64,000 nt of DNA from positions 4,402,001-4,466,000 of the forward strand of contig OX597826.1 of NCBI GenBank assembly GCA_951406725.2. The letters are read 5' to 3'. The stretch comes from Octopus vulgaris (lineage: Eukaryota). Both the position numbers and the translations under genes were made by a program. This document shows positions 27,588-41,085 of the stretch, one piece after another; position 1 is the first letter of the stretch; each line of letters opens with the position of its first letter. The notes under the pieces were generated by a model. It was not told where the DNA came from and did no database searches. It saw only the letters and a list, made by a program, of their open reading frames with translations.

Positions 27588-28398
27588 TTTCATAGATCAA
27601 GATATATACAGAGACAAATGTGAACGTCTTCTATAAAGCCATATTCGTTAAATGGTTTATAAAACGCCGGAAATTAAGGAAAGAATTAAAAACTGTATAT
27701 TCATGTTGTTGTTAAGCTGCTTGTCCCAAATCAGAACCCACTAAGAGAAATTCTGATGCCACATCGAGGAACTTCACTGAGTAGAGGATCACCCCTTTAT
27801 TTCATTGTCACATTTATTCGTACGTATAGCTATGAGATATCAATATGGCGGATCCACATCCTTGGCCCACAGAAACAATTAGACTTAACACTGTAAGCTA
27901 ACAAATTACTGGGTAATTAAGACTGTGTTTTATTGATTCTTCTTACAGATTCTAATTGTTATTAGCCTGCAGAATATTTTACTTCCTTACAGTAATTAAG
28001 ACCAGATAGAATTATCAAGTTGCAAGACAGACAAAACTGTTTGCTCAATCTCATAAACAATTAAAATGTAGTCTCTCGTCAGAAAGGCTTTTCCTCGGGA
28101 CTTCAATAATAACCATTCTGATGCCATACGATCATATACAAAATTGTCAACATTACTAAATGATGGTAGCTGACGCGGGTAACCCGGTTTCCATGGATTC
28201 TGTTCGAGCAAATGGTGGTGGTGGTGGTGGTGGGCTCTCTTTTGTTGGTCTGTTTGTTAGAAATAGCAACTAATTGAATAATGACTTCCATTAAAAAAAA
28301 TGGGAAGGATTTTGTTTGTAAATCTGTTCTTTCATAGCCGACTTATAGCTCAACAATAACATTATTATTATTACCATCATTATTATTATTATTATTAT

Positions 28399-28433
<35 letters not shown>

Positions 28434-28445
28434 TCATTATAGTGA

Positions 28446-28756
28446 AGGCGCATGGCTTAGTGGTTAGAGCGTAGAGCTTTCGATCGTAAGGTTGTGAGTT
28501 CGATTCCCGGTCCGGGCTGTGCGGTGTGTTCTTGAGCAAGACACTTTATCTCACGTTGCTCCAGTTACCTCATCTGTAGAAATGAGTTGCGACATCAATG
28601 GTGCCAAGCTGAATCGGCCTTTGCCTTTCCCTTGGATAACATCAGTGGTTTGGAGAGGAGAGGCTGGTATGCATGGGCGACTGCTAGCCTTCCACAAACA
28701 ATCTTGCCCTGACTTGTGCCTTGGAAGGCAACTTTCTAGGTGCAATCCATGGTCAT
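28446..28756 (+). mobile_element. tRNA-derived CORE-like SINE family D
   Basis: A-box tggcttagtgg, B-box gagttcgattcc, then CORE-like ttcttgagcaagacactt...ctcatctgtagaaatg. Confidence 0.8.
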
Positions 28757-30771
28757 TATTATTATTAAGGTGATTAGCTGGGAAATTTATTAGCATGCCG
28801 GATAAAATGCTTGACAGAATTTCGTCCGTCTTTACATTCTGAGTTCAAATTCCGCAGAGGTCGACTTTGCCTTTCGTGTTTTGGGGGTTGATAAAATAAA
28901 TACCAGTTAAGCACTTGGGTCATTGTAATCGACTAGTCGCCTGCCCCTTGAGCCTGTAATAGAACAGATTAATATCTATATATTGTGAAATAGCTGCTAT
29001 AGCCCGGGTGCTGGTGACAAATTATCGCATCAACCTTTTGGCTCTATACATGTTTTAATGACGTTACTTGTAATGTAGTTTTAATATTCTTGTGCATGTA
29101 ATGTAATATAAATATTTCCAGAATACTCTAAGGAGCTTTTAAGGGAAACAGGTTAGCTACGCTCCCAAGATATTAAACGCAAATTGTTGATTGATAAATC
29201 AGAGCCCGCCCCCGTCATCGAATAGCAATGGAAAATTAGTCAAGCTTAGCTAATATTCCCCCGGTGATCTGTTACCTATTTTCGATTTCTTGGTGTCTGA
29301 GTCACGTACGAAATTAAATGCATAGCATCTTAATAACACAATATTAACCTCATCGACATCGCCGGTCTCGGAGGGCTTCCCATGGACATGGGAACAACCG
29401 TTTCATACGAACCAAACCAATTTTTAAAATTAAGTTGTTGCTGTGGGTTTGAACAGAAAAAGTATTAGATGATGGTTCAGTTCCTTATCTACCAGGTATA
29501 TTTTAGAGACCAAACACAGTTAGTTCACATATATTAGCATGCCATATGACACATAATAAAACACATTTCTCTCTATTTTCATTGGTCAAGTTTGATGCAT
29601 CAACATGTCTAGTTATGAAATCATCAGAACACAAGAACTGTATAAATACTGCTTTCCAAAAGAGATTTTCCAGTAAACTATATAAAAGCTGCTTCCCACT
29701 AAATAAAACCTTACTCAAATCACGTAAATTTATTTCCCCTTTCCAAAAACCTTTTCTTTTTCTCTCCCATTCTCTATCAATCTATCAATCTATTTATCTA
29801 TTTTTCTCCTATTCTTGTGAATGGAACATATCCGAAACGTCGATCTTTTACTTCATCAAAACAGCGTAAAACTAAAAATCTCTGTATTACGTTCTTACCA
29901 CATGCGCTGCACGTTGCTAGATCGAAACCGCAACCACATGCTTATGAACAAGCTTCTTAACCACAGAGCAGCACTTGCTTTCTGGCTACGTTCTGAATTT
30001 GAATCCCAACGTAGTTGACTTCAGCTTTCATGCTTCTAAAAGCAAATAAAAGTAAAAGCCAGTACAATAACCCCAAGCCTCACCTATAAATTGTTGGCCT
30101 AGTGACGATGTCAAAAACTAAGCTACGTTTCACTAACGCTCTCTTTTATGCCATAACCGTCTCCCATCTACCTTCAAAGAAATAACATCTATTATAAAAC
30201 TTGATACAATGCATTAAATTCTGTGAGATTCGAAACATACTACATTAAATTCGATGCGGACGGGAACAAGTCGGTCTTTCAAAATTCTACCAACGGTGTT
30301 TGTTCGAAAACGACAACAAAGACCGATACTTAATGGTGGGAAGCAGAATCTAGCTGTCAGTCGCTGTCATGTTTATTTGAATCAAAGTCTAGTGTACATT
30401 TCATGTCCAAAACCCCTACTGTCATTCATCTATGACTAGTTCAAATCGTAATTTTCATCCGTGAATCAATAGATGCCATTTAAGTAGGTGATATGTTCTT
30501 AGAATGTACTGGTCATGCTGTCGAATCAGTTTTCTTGTTGGCTCTTTGTGTAAACGTCCAAGTTTTTCTCGTTTGCTGCCTGGCTCTCTTTGCCCGTCCC
30601 TTTATCTCTCTTTCTCTCTCTTTCTCTCTCTCTCTCTCTCCCTCTCTCTATCTCTCTCATTAGAGTGTATTTGTCCGCTTGCATTTGTTTCAATACCTTA
30701 CTGCATTTGCGTGTATATGTCAGTCAATTTAACTAAAGTATGTTCGCCTGTGTGTATATAATGCATGTAAA

Positions 30772-30946
30772 TAATGTGTGTAATATGTATGCACGTGTAT
30801 ATGTGTGTAATATGTATGCTCAAGGATGTACAAATATGTGTGTGTATACGTTTGTATATAATGCGTGTAATATGTATGCACGTGTGTATGTGTGTAAATA
30901 TGTATGCTCAAGGATATACAAATATGTGTGTGTATACGTTTGTATG
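30772..30946 (+). repeat. Tandem duplication of an ~87-bp unit
   Basis: taatatgtatgcacgtgt...gctcaaggat(g/a)tacaaatatgtgtgtgtatacgtttgta occurs twice. Confidence 0.85.
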
Positions 30947-31608
30947 TATTTGTAGGGACATGTGTATATATGTGTGCATTTGTATGTACGTATGTACTTG
31001 TGTGTGTGCATTAATTGATGTGTATATGTGTCTATATATTTAGCTCGCTATCTCTTTATCTCTGTCTTCAGTTTCCCTTTTACAATACATTTTAACTATT
31101 TAAGCAAGTATCCTTCTATTCATCTGTCTCCATATGTATACATGTACCAATATGTCTGCCTTATTTGCTTCCTTAAGCAAGTTATCCAACTATGCGAAAC
31201 AACACAATGTTTATATTTCTCATCAAAAGACAAGAGGCTACCAAAATGTCTTTGAGTAGCTTTTGTATTTGCGCCTGTACGATGTATGTCGAGTTCGTTC
31301 TCTGTTGTATGGTGAGTCTATATGTGCGATTAATTTTCTGTGTTTGTATGTGAAGTATATATGCGTGCATGGTATGTATGTAATGTATGTTGTACAGTTA
31401 CGTGTGTATGTGTTGTGTTTATGTCATACGTGTATATGTGAAGTGCATTGTACTGTTGTGAGAGTATGTACCTGTGAGTTTAATGGAAGTTGTGTGTATG
31501 TATATATCTGAGAGATACCATGACCACGTATATGTGAATTATGGCGTGTATGTACAACATATATAAGCGATGTGTGTCAAGTGTTCACCTCACTATCTAC
31601 CTACACGC

Positions 31609-31668
<60 letters not shown>

Positions 31669-31787
31669 GTCTATATATATGTATATATATATATATGCAC
31701 ACACATGTATACATGTATTCATACATCTTTCTCCTCCATGCAAGCAAACACACACACTCAGGCATTTTTCTTGCTTTCTTTCCTCTC

Positions 31788-31885
<98 letters not shown>

Positions 31886-32204
31886 CTCTTTTTCTCAATC
31901 TCTGTTAAAAGTATTTACATCAAATTATATTTGTTCCTTTCGTACAGGCTTTATCGTTTTCTTCTTTCATTGTTTTTATTTGTTTGTTCCTTTCTTTGCC
32001 TGTAAGATTATGTTTCAGGATCTCTTATGACACATAACCAACTTTCTCCATCAACTAAGCTACTCTGTAATGCACAGCAGACGCACCTTTTTTCGTCCCT
32101 TTCGGCACTTGCCACCAAACGACCCACCAAACTACATCTCGACTATACCCTTACTCATATTCATGTCACCACTAATCTCCCTAGAGAGGTTACACCGTCT
32201 AGTC

Positions 32205-32455
32205 CAGTGGTTCACAACTGGCGTCTGTATGACCCCACCCCCCCGGAGTCCATAGCGAAGTTGTAAATTGGCTACGTTTCTCTCTCTCTAACATCTTACG
32301 TTGCTCAAACTAGACAAGTTAATGCGTGAAAAACAAAATATGAAGTTTGAAATATCTATAAAGTAAATTTTTAAACAACGAGTGGGAATTTGGCACCGGG
32401 GTAAAATAGTTATCAAAGGGCTCCATAGATAAATAAAAAATGTTGAGAACAGCAG
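32205..32455. mobile_element. hAT-type MITE
   Basis: TIRs cagtggttcacaac and gttgagaacagcag; 8-bp TSD gtctagtc/atctagtc. Confidence 0.8.
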
Positions 32456-32764
32456 ATCTAGTCCTTCGAGCTGTTGAACAAGACAACCAAGTCTCATTTA
32501 AATCATACCATGAACCGTTAAATAAACAATTGAAGCAAAATACAATATATTATTTTTTTAGAAAGGACAGAATGGGGAAGGTCAAATCTTTGATACTGAA
32601 TTTATTTGATCGGGAATAATCTGGGGTTAAATAAAAGCAACCTCTACCCGATTCTAAACCTTAAGCAAATTAATGAAAAATCAAGAAATTAGCCTATCAA
32701 CCATCGAAACAAACAACCGGCCGACTTTTCACCTTAGATTTCTGATAATATTATCTTTGTTTAA

Positions 32765-33067
32765 GGCGGCGAAGTGGCAGAATCGTTAGCATGCCGGACA
32801 AAATACTTAGGAGCATTTCGTCTATCTTCATGTTCTGAGTTCAAATTCCGCCAAGGTCGACTGCGCCTTTCATCCTTTTGGGATTGATAAAATAAGTACC
32901 AGTTGAGCACTAGGGTTAAAGTAATCGACTTCTCCCTTACTTGAACTCACTGGACCTGAGCCAGAAATTCGAAAACAGTATTGTCATCATCGATTAAGGC
33001 GATGAGCTGGCAGAATCGTTAGCACGCCGGGCGAAATGCTTAGCGGCATTTCGTCCGTTTTCACGTT
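32765..33067 (+). mobile_element. SINE family A, one full copy plus a truncated head
   Basis: Two consecutive ggcg..gagctggcagaatcgttagc heads. Confidence 0.85.
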
Positions 33068-33927
33068 GGGGCCCCGACTTGCGGATGCAGGGATGCCTGT
33101 AGACCGCAAGAGAATTAATCAGGGACGTGACGTAAGAGGTTTCATCGCCTCAATTTGTGTCTAATTGTGTTTTGAATTGTAATGGACTTGTTAGTTTAAA
33201 CAAATTGTAAAATATTGTAAATTGGAAGAGGGTTATTACCTCAAGATGTTTCTTATTAAAAGAACAATGTTATAGAGAAGCAGAGGGTCTTCTCCCATCC
33301 TTATCATCTTGTATTATTATCATTCGCTTCATCAATGTTTTGTCCAACCCGCAAAGCTACTCATCTTTGTACTGTCTCTAGAGCAAATGAAATGAATAAA
33401 AGTAGCAGTTGAGTACAGAGGTTGACTAGTACCCCTCCTCCGAAACTGATGTCCATTATTAATCCTCGTCCTCACAGCCTACGTCAATATTTCTATCACA
33501 GTCATACATCGTCACTATTGTCAACTTCATAATCAACTTCATCACCATTCACATCATTATTTCTGTCTCAATCGTCATTTTTGCTACAACACCCTTATCA
33601 TCATCCTCTTCATATTCATCATCATCATCATCATCCTCTTCATCATCATCATCATCATCATCATCATTTTCACAATCACTATTCTCATCATTGATTTCAT
33701 CACACACGTCATCACAAACTATGACAATCATTGACGTCATCAACGTTATTGTTCTTATCCTTACCAATAACATTAATCACTGTGATCAACTTCGTCGTCG
33801 TTGTCGTCATCAACATCATCATTGTCACCGTTATAGGCTTTATCGACACCGAGAGTTATTGTTTTGGAACATGCATAACAAAAAAAATCTACTACTAGTA
33901 CTACCACCACCACCACCACTACTACTA

Positions 33928-33983
<56 letters not shown>

Positions 33984-34773
33984 ATTTTCTTCCTCTTCCA
34001 TCTTCTTTCTCATTTTCTTCTATCTCAGCAGAACATAATATATTTCCGTCGCAACTTTTGCAAAGTTTTCTCTCCAGATCATGTGGCGGCCCCGCAAAAC
34101 TTAATGGTAGCGGTAGAGTGAGGATGGTTGTCATTTTGCTGTTGTTGTTATAAGTGGTGGTGGTGGTGGTGGTGGTGGAGTGATGCTACTGTTGGCGGGT
34201 GATGGTTTTAAGGAGGTTTGCATTAAAACAAAGTTTTTTCAGTGTGCATTGCGGTTTATGACTGGAAAATGTCCGCCATCTTCTGTCGCCCTCGTTGTGA
34301 TAACAATGACAATACGAAGTACATCTTAGTTTTCTCTAGATACGTATGTAGGTTGATAACCATAACAGTGTGATAATGTACAAGGCTGCGGTTCTTCTTG
34401 TATGCATATGTATGTGCACACACATATAAATGTGTGTGTGTGTGTGTGTATGCGGTGTGTGAGTGTATGTATGAGTTTTAGAATGGACATGTACGCGTGA
34501 ATTCGTATGTAAGTAAATACATGGTCATATGAACGAGTGAAGGAGAGAGAGAGGAGAGTGCGAGTAAGTCCTGTCGTTGTGGTGGCTGTTTTGAGAGATG
34601 TGGCTATGGTCGTGATTGATGTCTGTATTGTTGTTGTTGTCGTTCTCCTACTTCTTGCCAGCTGCTTGGTCATCAATGTCAAAAATTGTAAGGGGCGGCC
34701 AAAGAAACTTGTCACAAAAGCAAATTCACCCACCCCTTCATTACCTCCTTACGTACCTTTTCCACTGTTAACG

Positions 34774-34807
<34 letters not shown>

Positions 34808-34836
34808 CTTACGCCATCCATTACACACACACACAC

Positions 34837-34884
<48 letters not shown>

Positions 34885-35574
34885 TCCATTAAGCATCTGC
34901 TCACCGGCAAATATATTGCCCTCACTGCTTTTCTTATTGAGACAATTATCCATATAGGCGCGCATATGAACTGAGAAATAATGTGTGTGTGTAAGTGTAC
35001 TGTCTAAAATTACATTGGGATTTCATGTTGTGCAGAAACATACACGCCCACAAACACAGACATATATACTCTTTATGTGCACTTAGGATACTATCGAAGC
35101 CTATTCGTTGTTTAACTTCCATAAAAACTGTTTAGAGATTACAGAAACACATGTAACTAGTAACAGCGTAAGTTAAGAGGAGGTCGAAATGAAATCCATC
35201 GCATAAACTTTATACACAACTCGAGGACAGCTGAAGTAATCATTGCACGAAATGATGTAACTAGCACTTGGTAAGATCATTGTGTGGCCTCTACGTCGAA
35301 TATCCTACTGTTTCTTAAAAACAGTAGAGCAATGGAAACCATAGCAACTCCATTTGTGGTTGTCGCACATTGTCGCACACGCATGTCTATCACACACACA
35401 CAGACACACACAGATACACACACACATACACACACAACTTTTATATGCACTCTAACAAACCACACCTTAGCATATCTGTATAATTATCTCAAAAGCATGT
35501 AAACTGAAACGTATATTAAAATTGAGGGAAGGCCGGTTTATGGGATTACCTTAGGTTTCTCGTCCATAAAGGAC

Positions 35575-35653
35575 TTAGCTTTATAGTGTATCGCCAGATC
35601 CCAGACTTGTTGGCCAACAGGTTTTGGGACCTGACAATGCACCATAAAGCTAA
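35575..35653. repeat. 79-bp imperfect palindrome or hairpin
   Basis: ttagctttat...ttggccaa...ataaagctaa pairs end to end. All mismatches are transitions, and there is one bulge. Confidence 0.85.
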
Positions 35654-35655
35654 AC

Positions 35656-35804
35656 CAGTAACACTGGTGCACCATGAACGGCAGAGCAGCCATCGCTGGG
35701 GCTTAAATCAATCTGCTTTGCTATTATGAAGAACATCGCAAAACTATATCATGCATCTATGTACACATCTCACACTTACACATACACACATATGCATATA
35801 AATG
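35656..35804. repeat. Left arm of a 149-bp inverted repeat
   Basis: cagtaacactggtgcacc...gcatataaatg is the reverse complement of 37204-37352 with one mismatch. Confidence 0.95.
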
Positions 35805-36005
35805 TGCATACGGCAAGACAACTCGTCCGATGCACTAACAATCTTGCTTATCCACCAACCTGGATTACTGTTGCATTTTATAGTGAAAGGCCTGTTTGGT
35901 AGACTGGCGGATTCGAGTGGAAACGAAGCACAGTTGCATGTTATGATCGACTCCTACATGAAACTATTGCAAGTGTGATCACCTCGTACATTTTCATGAC
36001 TAACC

Positions 36006-36073
<68 letters not shown>

Positions 36074-36320
36074 GATATGCATGCATATACTATTTCAGTA
36101 TATAAGTATGGTTTTCTGTGTGTGTTTATGTGTGTAATTCTGTATCTATCAATCTGTCTATCTGTTTATATATACACATTTGTGTATGCCTGTAAGTGTG
36201 TATATACATATATGTATGTCTGTAAGTGTATATATGCATGTGTATATGCCTGTATGTATATACATGAATACATATATATATATATACACACATACATTTA
36301 CATATGAGTGTGCGTAAGTA

Positions 36321-36385
<65 letters not shown>

Positions 36386-36404
36386 CCCTTGGTTTTCTCA
36401 GCGA

Positions 36405-36455
<51 letters not shown>

Positions 36456-36495
36456 CATATTTCCTTTAAGTAAACACATGTCTTTCATAATTTAC

Positions 36496-36603
36496 CAGAA
36501 ATCTCTTCTGTGCTGTCCTCTATTAAGTTTGTCATGACATCACTGGAAGATATGGGCTTGTCAATTATGCATGGTCTGGGGCTCTCTACACAAAATGCAC
36601 TTT
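36496..36603 (-). CDS. Candidate 108-nt internal coding exon (phase 1-1) of an unidentified minus-strand gene
   Basis: Minus strand: long pyrimidine tract tctttctttctttttttttgcttttcaag|AAAGTG...GATTTCTG|gtaaat. The length is a multiple of 3 and the phase-1 frame is open: (E)SAFCVESPRPCIIDKPISSSDVMTNLIEDSTEEIS. It is non-repetitive sequence between microsatellites. Confidence 0.6.
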
Positions 36604-37203
36604 CTTGAAAAGCAAAAAAAAAGAAAGAAAGAAAGAGGAAGGATTAATTCTTACTAAGACTTTAAAAAGCCTTTCTGAGCCTTTATGGAATGTGACAATA
36701 TTAGTGGGACTGTCTTCTAAAAGTTATATATTTATTTTTTCCCCACGTCTTTTATATACATATGTTAGGAATACGCTAACACCCCTGCACACATTATCTC
36801 TCACACACATATATATAGATATGTATGTGCGTATTAGACACATATATAAACTTTAGAAATACCCTCACACACACACACGCAAACACATTTTTCTCCCTTT
36901 GTTCAAAGAAACTACTCCTATCATCTCCATTTGACTTACAAAGTATATACATGTGTGTAGAGATAGATTAAGAAAGACTGACAGACAGGCAACTAGAATT
37001 AGATACATACACGTTAGTTTAAATAAGAGGAAGTTATGAGAGTACTATACTCTAAAAGTACTCTGATAATATTGCAAGCTCTCGAAGTTTCTCTTTACTG
37101 CTCTTCGAACGAAGATCTATTTCGTGAAATATATATGTGTATATATGTATACCTCTATGTATGTATGTATGAAAATATACTAATATATATGTATTTAAAT
37201 ATG

Positions 37204-37352
37204 CATTTATATGCATATGTGTGTATGTGTAAGTGTGAGATGTGTACATAGACGCATGATATAGTTTTGCGATGTTCTTCATAATAGCAAAGCAGATTGA
37301 TTTAAGCCCCAGCGATGGCTGCTCTGCCGTTCATGGTGCACCAGTGTTACTG
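37204..37352. repeat. Right arm of the 149-bp inverted repeat
   Basis: catttatatgc...ggtgcaccagtgttactg pairs with 35656-35804. Confidence 0.95.
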
Positions 37353-37631
37353 ACATCTAATGGTGTGAGTGGCTTTCTGAATGAACATCCCTTGTCTTGC
37401 TGCTTCCATACAAACCTTGACTTGATGGATGAAGTGGAGTGTACATACATACCATTCTTTTTTAGACACTGAAAGCTAATGGGGTTCGCAAGATTAGAGC
37501 AGGAAAGGAGGCTGTTTCGCCACGATTAAGACACTAGTTAAAACGTTTCGTTGACCTGTGGTCAAAGAGAGCAAAGAATATCCGGACAGCCGTTAAATAT
37601 TTCAAGAGATATATTGATGAAAATTCTCTGA

Positions 37632-37697
<66 letters not shown>

Positions 37698-38713
37698 ATT
37701 TGCGTGTAATGCAAACAGAGACAGAAAGCGAGAGAGAAAGAGACACAGATATAACGATAAAAAGAGAGGGTTGCTGAGAGAAGCAGAAAGAAAAAGAGTG
37801 AAAGACGAGAGCAGATAGGGGAACTGAAATATCCAGAATGAAAGAGAAAGAGAGAGAGTGAGAGAGATTAGAATGGGAAAGAGAGAGAGACGTAAAAATA
37901 AAAGCACTCTTCATTGATTCCTTGTTTTGAATTATTAAACAGATCTAAAGAGATATTCAGACGAAAATTTAGCTTTGCTGTATTTTTGTCATTTGATTTT
38001 TTTTTTATTATTTATTATTATTTTTTTACCCATTACACTGTCTATACATTGCAAGTTTTATATTTTTACTTGTATCTTTATTCTTATCATTTCTATTTTA
38101 TTTTTTTTTAAAGACCAGCTTGGAGCCACTTGGAGTTTCCTACAATTACAATTCTAACCCCAAACCTATTTCATACACTCATGTATTCACACACACACAT
38201 GCACGCACATTCAAGCCACATATACATATATATACACACTGGCGCGTGCAATACGTACACATATATAGATATAAAGCCTTATAGATTATATGTATACACA
38301 CGTGTGTATCTATAGGCGTGTGTTCGGGTCCACAAACAGACGAATATCTGTTTAAGTTTCTCTATTCTAAAAATTGCATATTTGAAAAAGACAATACAAA
38401 ATCACATGTTTTATTCAAATTTGTATATAATTATTGAAATATATTTATGTGTGTACCTGTATATATACACACCGCCACACTTACATATATACCTCCATAT
38501 ATATATCAATTTATAATATGTCGGTTTGTGTATACGTAAGCGCCATTATACATATGTAAAAATCGAAGCGTTTGTAGTCTGCAAAGACTTACAATCGTTT
38601 TATGAACTTGTAATATAAACAGTGGTATATATTCAATTATTGATTCTGACTTTTATTTTCTTTCAATTTATACCAAAAAGAATACTGACGCTTCTTTGTG
38701 TCTAGATAATTTA

Positions 38714-38761
<48 letters not shown>

Positions 38762-38836
38762 GTGTATGTATGTATATATGTATGAATGTATGTATATATA
38801 TATATAGCTTATAGTGTTTATATATATATTGAAGTG

Positions 38837-38905
<69 letters not shown>

Positions 38906-39132
38906 TACCAAACTTGTCTTTATTTCTCGTACTTGTTGTGACTTAACTTGCATCACATCCATGATTGGTAATGTTTAGAAAACTTTAGATGTGTTTCTTC
39001 TGCATTAAAATTATACGAGTTAAGTATTGGTAGCAATGATTTTGTATATACATTTTATATGATAGTTATTCTATTCAAATTTGCCTACGCGCAGTCTCTC
39101 ACTCTTCTCTTTCGTCTGCCTCCCTCTATCTA

Positions 39133-39178
<46 letters not shown>

Positions 39179-39887
39179 TCACAGAGACATGTACGTCTAT
39201 ACATATTGATACTGAGACATATCTGTTTATTTGTATACATTTAGTACAGAGAATTCATACTATTTTTTCATTCATTGATATCCCTATTCAATAACAGCTT
39301 ATTGTCTTGTTATAACTGTGCACAGTACCCTGTGTCTATTTTAAATGTTTGTGAATGATAACCCTATGAATTGTGTGCGATTTCACCAGTTTCGTGTATG
39401 TTGCAGATTGTGAAGAACTTACAACCTTTGTAGCTACAAATAAATACTGTATTTTTTATGTTTGATGTTAATATTTCTTATAATAAGTAGATGTTGGTGT
39501 GAAGGCATATTATACCACAATTTTGCTCCTAGTACTTCTCTATTGGTTCCTAGGGCGACATTATGTTTTTAACGCTGCTGACAACACCGAAGTTAATGGT
39601 AGTGCGCAGGTGTCGAAACCATAATGATATCCGTCAGGCAGCTGATGATGAGAGTGTATGTTTGATATACTTGTTTGTGAATATATTGTGCCATGAATTT
39701 CGTTGTTCTGAGTTGTCTTTCATTCTCATAATGTTGGTGATGTTCATGATCAACACTAGGTTTGTAAAACGTAAGCGATTTTTAATTAGAAATTAATTAC
39801 TTTTTCTTCTAATACATAGAGTGCTACTTGTTTTTTACCCACAGCCTGTACTTGAGCGTAAATTAATAGCGTATGCTGTATACATAA

Positions 39888-39937
<50 letters not shown>

Positions 39938-40149
39938 ACATATAATATAGATAGATAGACAGACAGACGGACGGACGGACTGATACAGTTGTGGCCAAAC
40001 ATTCTGAACTCATTTAAAAAATTAAGATTGTTATGGTGAAATACAATTTGATTCAAATATAATTTCAGGCATTTCATATAAAAACTCTATGTTCCAAGTT
40101 TTTGGGCCACAACTGTATACATACGCATTTATCTGTAGATAGACGAATT

Positions 40150-40150
40150 A

Positions 40151-40183
<33 letters not shown>

Positions 40184-40191
40184 TAGATAGT

Positions 40192-40267
<76 letters not shown>

Positions 40268-40282
40268 TAGACAGATAGATAA

Positions 40283-40313
<31 letters not shown>

Positions 40314-40325
40314 TATAGATAGATA
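40150..40325. repeat. (GACA)n/(GATA)n microsatellite
   Basis: Seen directly. Confidence 0.95.
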
Positions 40326-40517
40326 AGCATTTACATGTGCGCTTAATTTTGTGCGGGTGGTGGTCGGGGTTTCAGGGTACATACTATCTGTGTATTTGTG
40401 CTTGTTTATATGTGTGGAAACGTAAATTGCGCGTTCGTATTTTGTTGTTTAGTCAATTATTATGCTCATTTAACATGCAAACACATGGCAGAGCAAGTGC
40501 CTCAACATAGGCAAATA

Positions 40518-40553
<36 letters not shown>

Positions 40554-41044
40554 TTCCACACTCACACATAAAATCACATACAAACACACACATTCCTCTA
40601 TGCATGCTTATGTGTATATATAGGTACACACACACACATAGAGTAAATTTGGTTACGTATGAATACACAGGAAAACATATGCGTATATGTTGAGTTTATA
40701 AGTGTGTTAATCTATGTGGAGGTTAAGTTAAGAGTGTGAGAGAGATTAAGGAGGCAAAGAGAGTGAAGGTTTGTGTGTTAGTGTTTAAGTAACCCAACTC
40801 TGCTTGTCAACATATTGTTCTTAGTATATCCCTCCCATATATGAAAGTCACATTCGTTCAAGTGAGTGAATATGGACGAGAAAGTCAGACAAACTGTGAA
40901 TGCACACACACACACATACGCACAAACGTGTGCACACATGTACAGAGAGAGAGGGGGAGAAAAAGAGAGAGAGAGGAGTGGTGAATAATTATCTCAAGAT
41001 TTCTCGTTTTTCTTACTCTGAGCCCTTCATCTCTCTATTCATTC

Positions 41045-41085
<41 letters not shown>

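Noticed and set aside
28446-28520. tRNA-like sequence as a true tRNA gene
   Set aside because: There is no proper cloverleaf and it runs into a CORE-like SINE body. The same applies to 2880-2948.
35656-37352. The inverted repeat as TIRs of a standard DNA transposon
   Set aside because: There is no TA or 8-bp TSD (only a 2-bp ac match), the arms contain host-like low-complexity sequence, and the interior holds a host exon candidate. It cannot be fully excluded without a genome search.
37453-37555. Minus-strand segment with good acceptor and donor ending in ATG
   Set aside because: It has stops in all three frames and its ATG is out of phase with the 108-nt exon. It could only be a UTR or poison exon, which is unsupported.
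39655-39685. Partial similarity to miR-190 (tatgtttgatatacttg)
   Set aside because: The seed region does not match and there is no convincing precursor hairpin. Other short matches to miR-71, miR-125, miR-153 and miR-33 also stop after 9-12 nt.
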